In this document: one piece after another, positions 52,320-57,608 of the stretch
How the letters are laid out: each line of letters begins with the position of its first letter
How positions within the stretch are numbered: the first letter of the stretch is position 1
NCBI RefSeq assembly: GCF_001194135.2
Contig: NC_068992.1
Location: 31,123,847 to 31,181,454 of the forward strand
Length of the DNA stretch: 57,608 nt
Direction: 5' to 3'
DNA from: Octopus bimaculoides
Lineage: Eukaryota
Program-made: the position numbers and the translations under genes
Notes under the pieces: model-generated
Database searches by the model: none
Told to the model about the DNA's origin: nothing
What the model saw: only the letters and a program-made list of their open reading frames with translations

Positions 52320-55000
52320 AATAATAATAATAATAGAATACAGATACGCGCGATGAAACTCCACTGGTGAAAGCTTTGTCTTTCATCATTTTAAGGTTGA
52401 GACAATAAAGAGGAGTTGAGTATTGTGGTCGATTTAATCGACTAAACTCTTTCTCGTATATATCTGCCCTCTGCGTATGCTGATGTATGTGCTTTGCTTT
52501 TTGTTTTTGTATATTGCTGTTTCTCCGATGCTGTTTGATGAAACTTAAAACGACGGTGTCTCAATTCATTTCCCCTATATTACCGGTGCAATAATCACAA
52601 ACACAAAAATAAATACCGTATTTTAACAAAATTACTGGAATTAATACGAGCGATCAAAGTGCTGACGACGATGCCTTGCTATAGCTGTATTGTAACGAAT
52701 GAAACAATAAGGTTAAAAGCGAAATCATTGTGTATTTACACATATTAAACAAGAGAAGCTGTAAGTTTTCCAACTAGAACAAATAAAATGTTATTTGTTG
52801 ACCACCATGCGCACAAGGACGATCTCAGCAGAGTAACTTATACATATAGATGAAGGGATCTCTTTCGAAGTGTTTAAAACAAACCAACATAAATCAATTA
52901 TCAGACCTGCAAATGAATTTCTCCTTTGGATTTAAAAATAAATCTCAACAAAATTACTAAATGATTGTCCACAACCGAGATTCGATTTAAATCAATCAAT
53001 CATAATTTCTCTTTAATGTTCATGAAAGATGTTACTAATAGACAATATATTTTGACATTCAAAGCTTAGAGCCTCTCTAATGTTTTCAACCGGTGTAATC
53101 TTAAAGTCCAGCTTTCTTTTGCTGCAAATTGAGAGTAAATTTGCCTTAAGCATTTGAAAAGATTTGCCTCTAATCAAAGATTTGTATTTGATAAGTTACA
53201 AACGATTTGTTGTTTACTTCATCCTATGTATTACCAGTATTTTCGTAAAACCAAATATTTTTCGGTTGTATTTTAGAAAATTTGTGAGATCTTTGAATTT
53301 CAAATTTTCTACTCATTAAGCATTTGTGTCGATTTTCCAAATCATTTAGAGAAATATTTCAAAATTATCAAATATCTTGTATAAAATTTCGTTTGAAATG
53401 CTGCCAGTTGGTAGAGTGGGGAATAGATTGGTTAAGGTATTTGTTTGAAATTAACTTTACTCTGTTAGAATCAATAATTACTGCATAATTCATATAATAG
53501 CGTAAATTAACAGTGTCTGAACTGAGCCGTCGATGGTTTTTCACTTTCTAGAACATCCCGATTAGTGTGAGACTAGATGTAAAGAGCATCTACGACACCC
53601 TCAATGATTGACAACATGGGGTATTTTCATTAGAGCGTTGTTAAACAATTTAAAATAAATAGTAGTTTCCTTCAGGTGCCATTTATCTCCAGATTTTATA
53701 CTTAAGTTTTCCATAGAAGATTTAATGCAAGAAACATCGGGTTCATCCAGTGCCAGGAATGGATGATTACATACTTCTATTCGAGGATTGCCTTACGTTT
53801 CCTAAAAACCCCGTCAAATATTTCAAACGGGAATATTTTATTCTTTATAATAAGCACTTAAGATCTAACACAGAGGGGATAATACAAGGACAGGCACAAC
53901 ACCACAGTGGTAACAAAAACACAACACGGAATATTGTAATTACTAGTGTTTCAGGAAGTCCAACGTACGTGTGTCGATTATACATGTATTTAGTGTACAT
54001 TCTTGAAGGACACTGTTTCATCTAGACCTATTTGTGACAGCTTGCTGCAGAAACGCTGGAGGAGCTGTAAGAACATTAATGAATGGTATCAGTTGTGTCA
54101 ATGAGGGTGTTATTTATCCAATTTCGTAGCCAAAATTTGTAACGATGAACATTTGATTATGCGCAAGTTTTATAAACCAGTTACTCTGTAATCAATAGAA
54201 TATGTTAACATTTGTTAGGGTGTTGGTGAGGATTGATTAACAATTCTTTTCTTACTTGTAAAACAGCATATAGTACATTGGATAGATTTTATATTAAGTG
54301 TGTAGATTTGCATTCTCGTCTCTACATCTCATGTACTTTGTAGCGCAACAATATTGAAACGAAGTGATTGTAATGCGATTTAGATTTGAGCCAATTGGAT
54401 GCAGTGACATGTTTGCGTTTTCTTTTACTTTGTTGTTATTTTAGACGTGTTCCGAATAGTGAGTGCATTTGTTTCTGCCTCATTGTTTTAAATACCTGAG
54501 GAAACAAATGTCTCTTTCTGGATTCAGATTAACTTTTCATCTTTTTTCCATACAGGCAAAATACGAGTATAAAAATTAGGATTACGTATGTTAATCCAAG
54601 GATTATATATCGTTTAAAATGATGTTTCTATGTATTTTTGTCATATGAACCTTTCGTAGCGTGATTTGTAGCATATTCATCAGCAATAAATTACATTTCT
54701 TGCTAGAGGAGATAAAAGTTCCTCATTTAGAATGTATATGGCCCATATAATTCGTACCTTTTAAACAATATTTCTAGTTGTATTCCGCGATAGCGTCATA
54801 CTTTGCAATGAATCGACATCTTGTATATTAACTGACAGAAATAGCCTTTTTGAATTTACTGATAAGAAATCTTAATTAGGTTGTGGTTTTCGTTTTTTTA
54901 AACAGGTTACGATGGAATACATTTCATTTGCTCCAATTGAAATACATTTCCGCTTATTCGTAGCCCTATCAGAAAATTAGCTTCCAAATGTCCATTCCAT

Positions 55001-55181
55001 GTTTTGGCACAAGGCCAGAATTTTGTTGGAGGAGGTAAATTCATTACTTTGACACCAGTACTGAACCGGAATGTAATTTATCGGCCCCGAAAGGCAGGCT
55101 GAATTTAGTGGAATTTGAACTTAGAAAAGACGGACGAAATTCCATTTTACCTACCGCACTAATGATTCAGCTGGCATGCCG
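55001..55181 (-). mobile_element. Old tRNA-derived SINE of the 31512-31724 family
   Basis: ttttggcacaaggccag.aatttt, ttatcggccccgaaagg, ggaatttgaactt, agacggacgaaat. Confidence 0.7.
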
Positions 55182-57608
55182 ACTCCCAAATATTAAAATA
55201 TTAAAATGTTTTCTTCAAGTTTGTTATATTCACGTTCTTTTACGATAAGCTGCTTAATTTTTTTATTTATTCAAAATTAGCTTCATTAAGTACCAATATC
55301 GAAATTAGTTGCAGCTGTCTATATATTGATAGAACTGTAGATAAATTCCTAGTAACTGGGTGCAAATATTCGCTTCCTTATTTCCATCAATTGATTTTTA
55401 ATACAACATGCTGCAAAGAGGTTTCTATGTAAAAATCAACGTGAGTAGCGGTGATACTTTGCCGATAGCTTTCTTAGAATACTTTCCGATACCAGAGATT
55501 CATTTCGTTGTTTTCCAGACACCTTGGGGTGTATATAACAGAAATATATAGATAAGAGTTTATGAGATGTTGCACTGATAATTCGTCAGTCGAATTCCAA
55601 AAGAAAGTAATTACACATTTGTTATATATATTTTTTTCACGTGCACGCTCACATGTATCACATAATTGTTTACATAGCGTCAGTAGATATATCAAGTTGA
55701 ATGTTTCCTTAGGAAAAGCAGCTTTACCCAGGTGGGGTTTGTTGTTAATTAAAGGGATATAACAGAGTAAATCTTTCTAGCATTACAAGTTAGGGCTTAA
55801 ACGTTAGTTCTGAAGTGCGCACACATGCACACATACGTACACATCTATATGTATTCCTGCATAAAGTAAAGCAGAGCATGTTTAGTACGCTATATGTAGG
55901 TACGTATGCATGCGTATATATGTGTGTACGTATTCATGTGTACATGTATATATAGATAGATAGTTTCGCCAGAGACATGAATAGCATAGAATCGGATAAT
56001 TTGATCCATCGATTGGGAATTATGGTAGCTCCCCAATTGACCTATTTCAGAACACAATAATTTCAAGATAAGTTGAAAAATCTCAGGAAATTAGTAGTGA
56101 TTTGCAGGGAACCTGAACACTTATTCTCGCTCAGTATAAGCATTCACAAAACTGATATATTTAATAGAAATTAAAATGATATATTTGGAGCAATCTCCTG
56201 AAGTAGATACGTATCATAAAAAGAAGCTATATTTTTGACATTAATCTGAAATTTAAACACAGATAATTTATATTTAAATATAAGACGACAGTAGAATGCC
56301 TTCAAATATAATGTTCTAAAAATCTATTATTTTTTCTTCAAAATTTACTTCCTAATATTGTTTTTAATTTGATAACCATTATTTTCAGATAAACCAAAGC
56401 AATTAAGTGGATCACATTAAAATTCAGCTGTTATTAAGGTTCCCTGTTATAGAAAATCCGAGTTGTGTTCTATTAAAAACAACAGAAATAAACACAAAGA
56501 CAGAAAGAGATTATTTTAATTATTCTTCCATTTCTTTTCACTTATAATGGAGCAAAATAACGACAACATTTAGAACTGAGATATGATTCGCAATATCTTT
56601 CTATTTAAAAGTCTTGCTAGAAATTACAGTCGTCGTCAATTGAATTTCTACTCTAATAAATTTACTTTAGAACGTCAATGCTACAGCTTCTCCCTTAATA
56701 CTTAACACGTATATGATAACTATTTGTGCCAACTATAAATATATATTGCACCAGAATACACTTGAAGGCCACATTTAATTTCAGTCATCTTCCTAGTCTG
56801 ATATTATTTTATTTAGCATTATGAAAGACGAAGATATATCAACTCAACATCGATTGGATAATAATGGACATTACATAGTCGTTTCTAAATTATTTCTGAT
56901 CAAAAAACACTTGCTTTGATTCGTAATTCTGGGTGATAGCTCGCGAGGTAATATTAGATAACTATAAACGGGATAAGTATTATGTTTTCATTTTCGAGTG
57001 GCTGGTATGTAAATGTATAATTTATATATCTGTATTTGTATTTTTTCTTTTTTTGGCATTATGTATAAAAATACTGATGAGAGGAGTGTCAGTTTTTAGA
57101 AATATGAAATATATATCATATTATTTAGCACGTCTCCGAAACGGCCCGTAGTTGGAACTTTTAGATCTTTGTAATATTTTCGTAGAATTTTAGTACGTTT
57201 TTTTAATATTTTATCATATGAAATTTTTATTACACCAGTGTATTGTAAATTTTAAATTTAAAACTCACTGTGTTTTATATATCATATCGATATTTATCCA
57301 TTTATATGTATTTTTATATTTATATATATTTATATTTATATTATATGGAATTTTTATATCGATTTTATCAACGTAGAAGAATAAACATACATATTGGATT
57401 TTGTGTGTGGTTATTAATTATGTTCCTCTAGTTTCCGCCTGCATTGCCTCCATTCGGATTATTAAACGGAATATAGCTCACTTGGAGCACTACACCTGCA
57501 GTCTGTATTTTATTTATGAGTATTGTTAATATTAGTAATCTCAAAATAAAGCAGTATATTATCTATATGTGTATATATGTATGTACGTATGTATATATAC
57601 ATATACAT

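Overview
AT-rich, microsatellite-dense eukaryotic scaffold with many N gaps. The repeat families and SINE types suggest a cephalopod (octopus-like) genome; this is inference, not verified. The window is dominated by decayed transposons. These are four R4/Dong-type RLE non-LTR copies, each with its 5' edge against a (TAA)n tract; an ~8 kb Penelope-like (PLE) cluster at 3.7-11.9 kb; a second PLE fragment; two CR1-group and one RTE LINE fragment; four mariner elements; a Helitron Rep fragment; and tRNA-derived SINEs. No intact, identifiable host gene is present, but four minus-strand segments look like spliced exons of one unidentified gene. The most unusual signals are (i) PLE-type GIY-YIG ORFs without RT, one carrying a ~250-codon low-complexity linker between long inverted pLTR-like arms, and (ii) minimal hammerhead-ribozyme motifs in non-coding foldback elements, including one fused behind a tRNA-like Pol III head. 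All alignments, translations and identities were done by eye.
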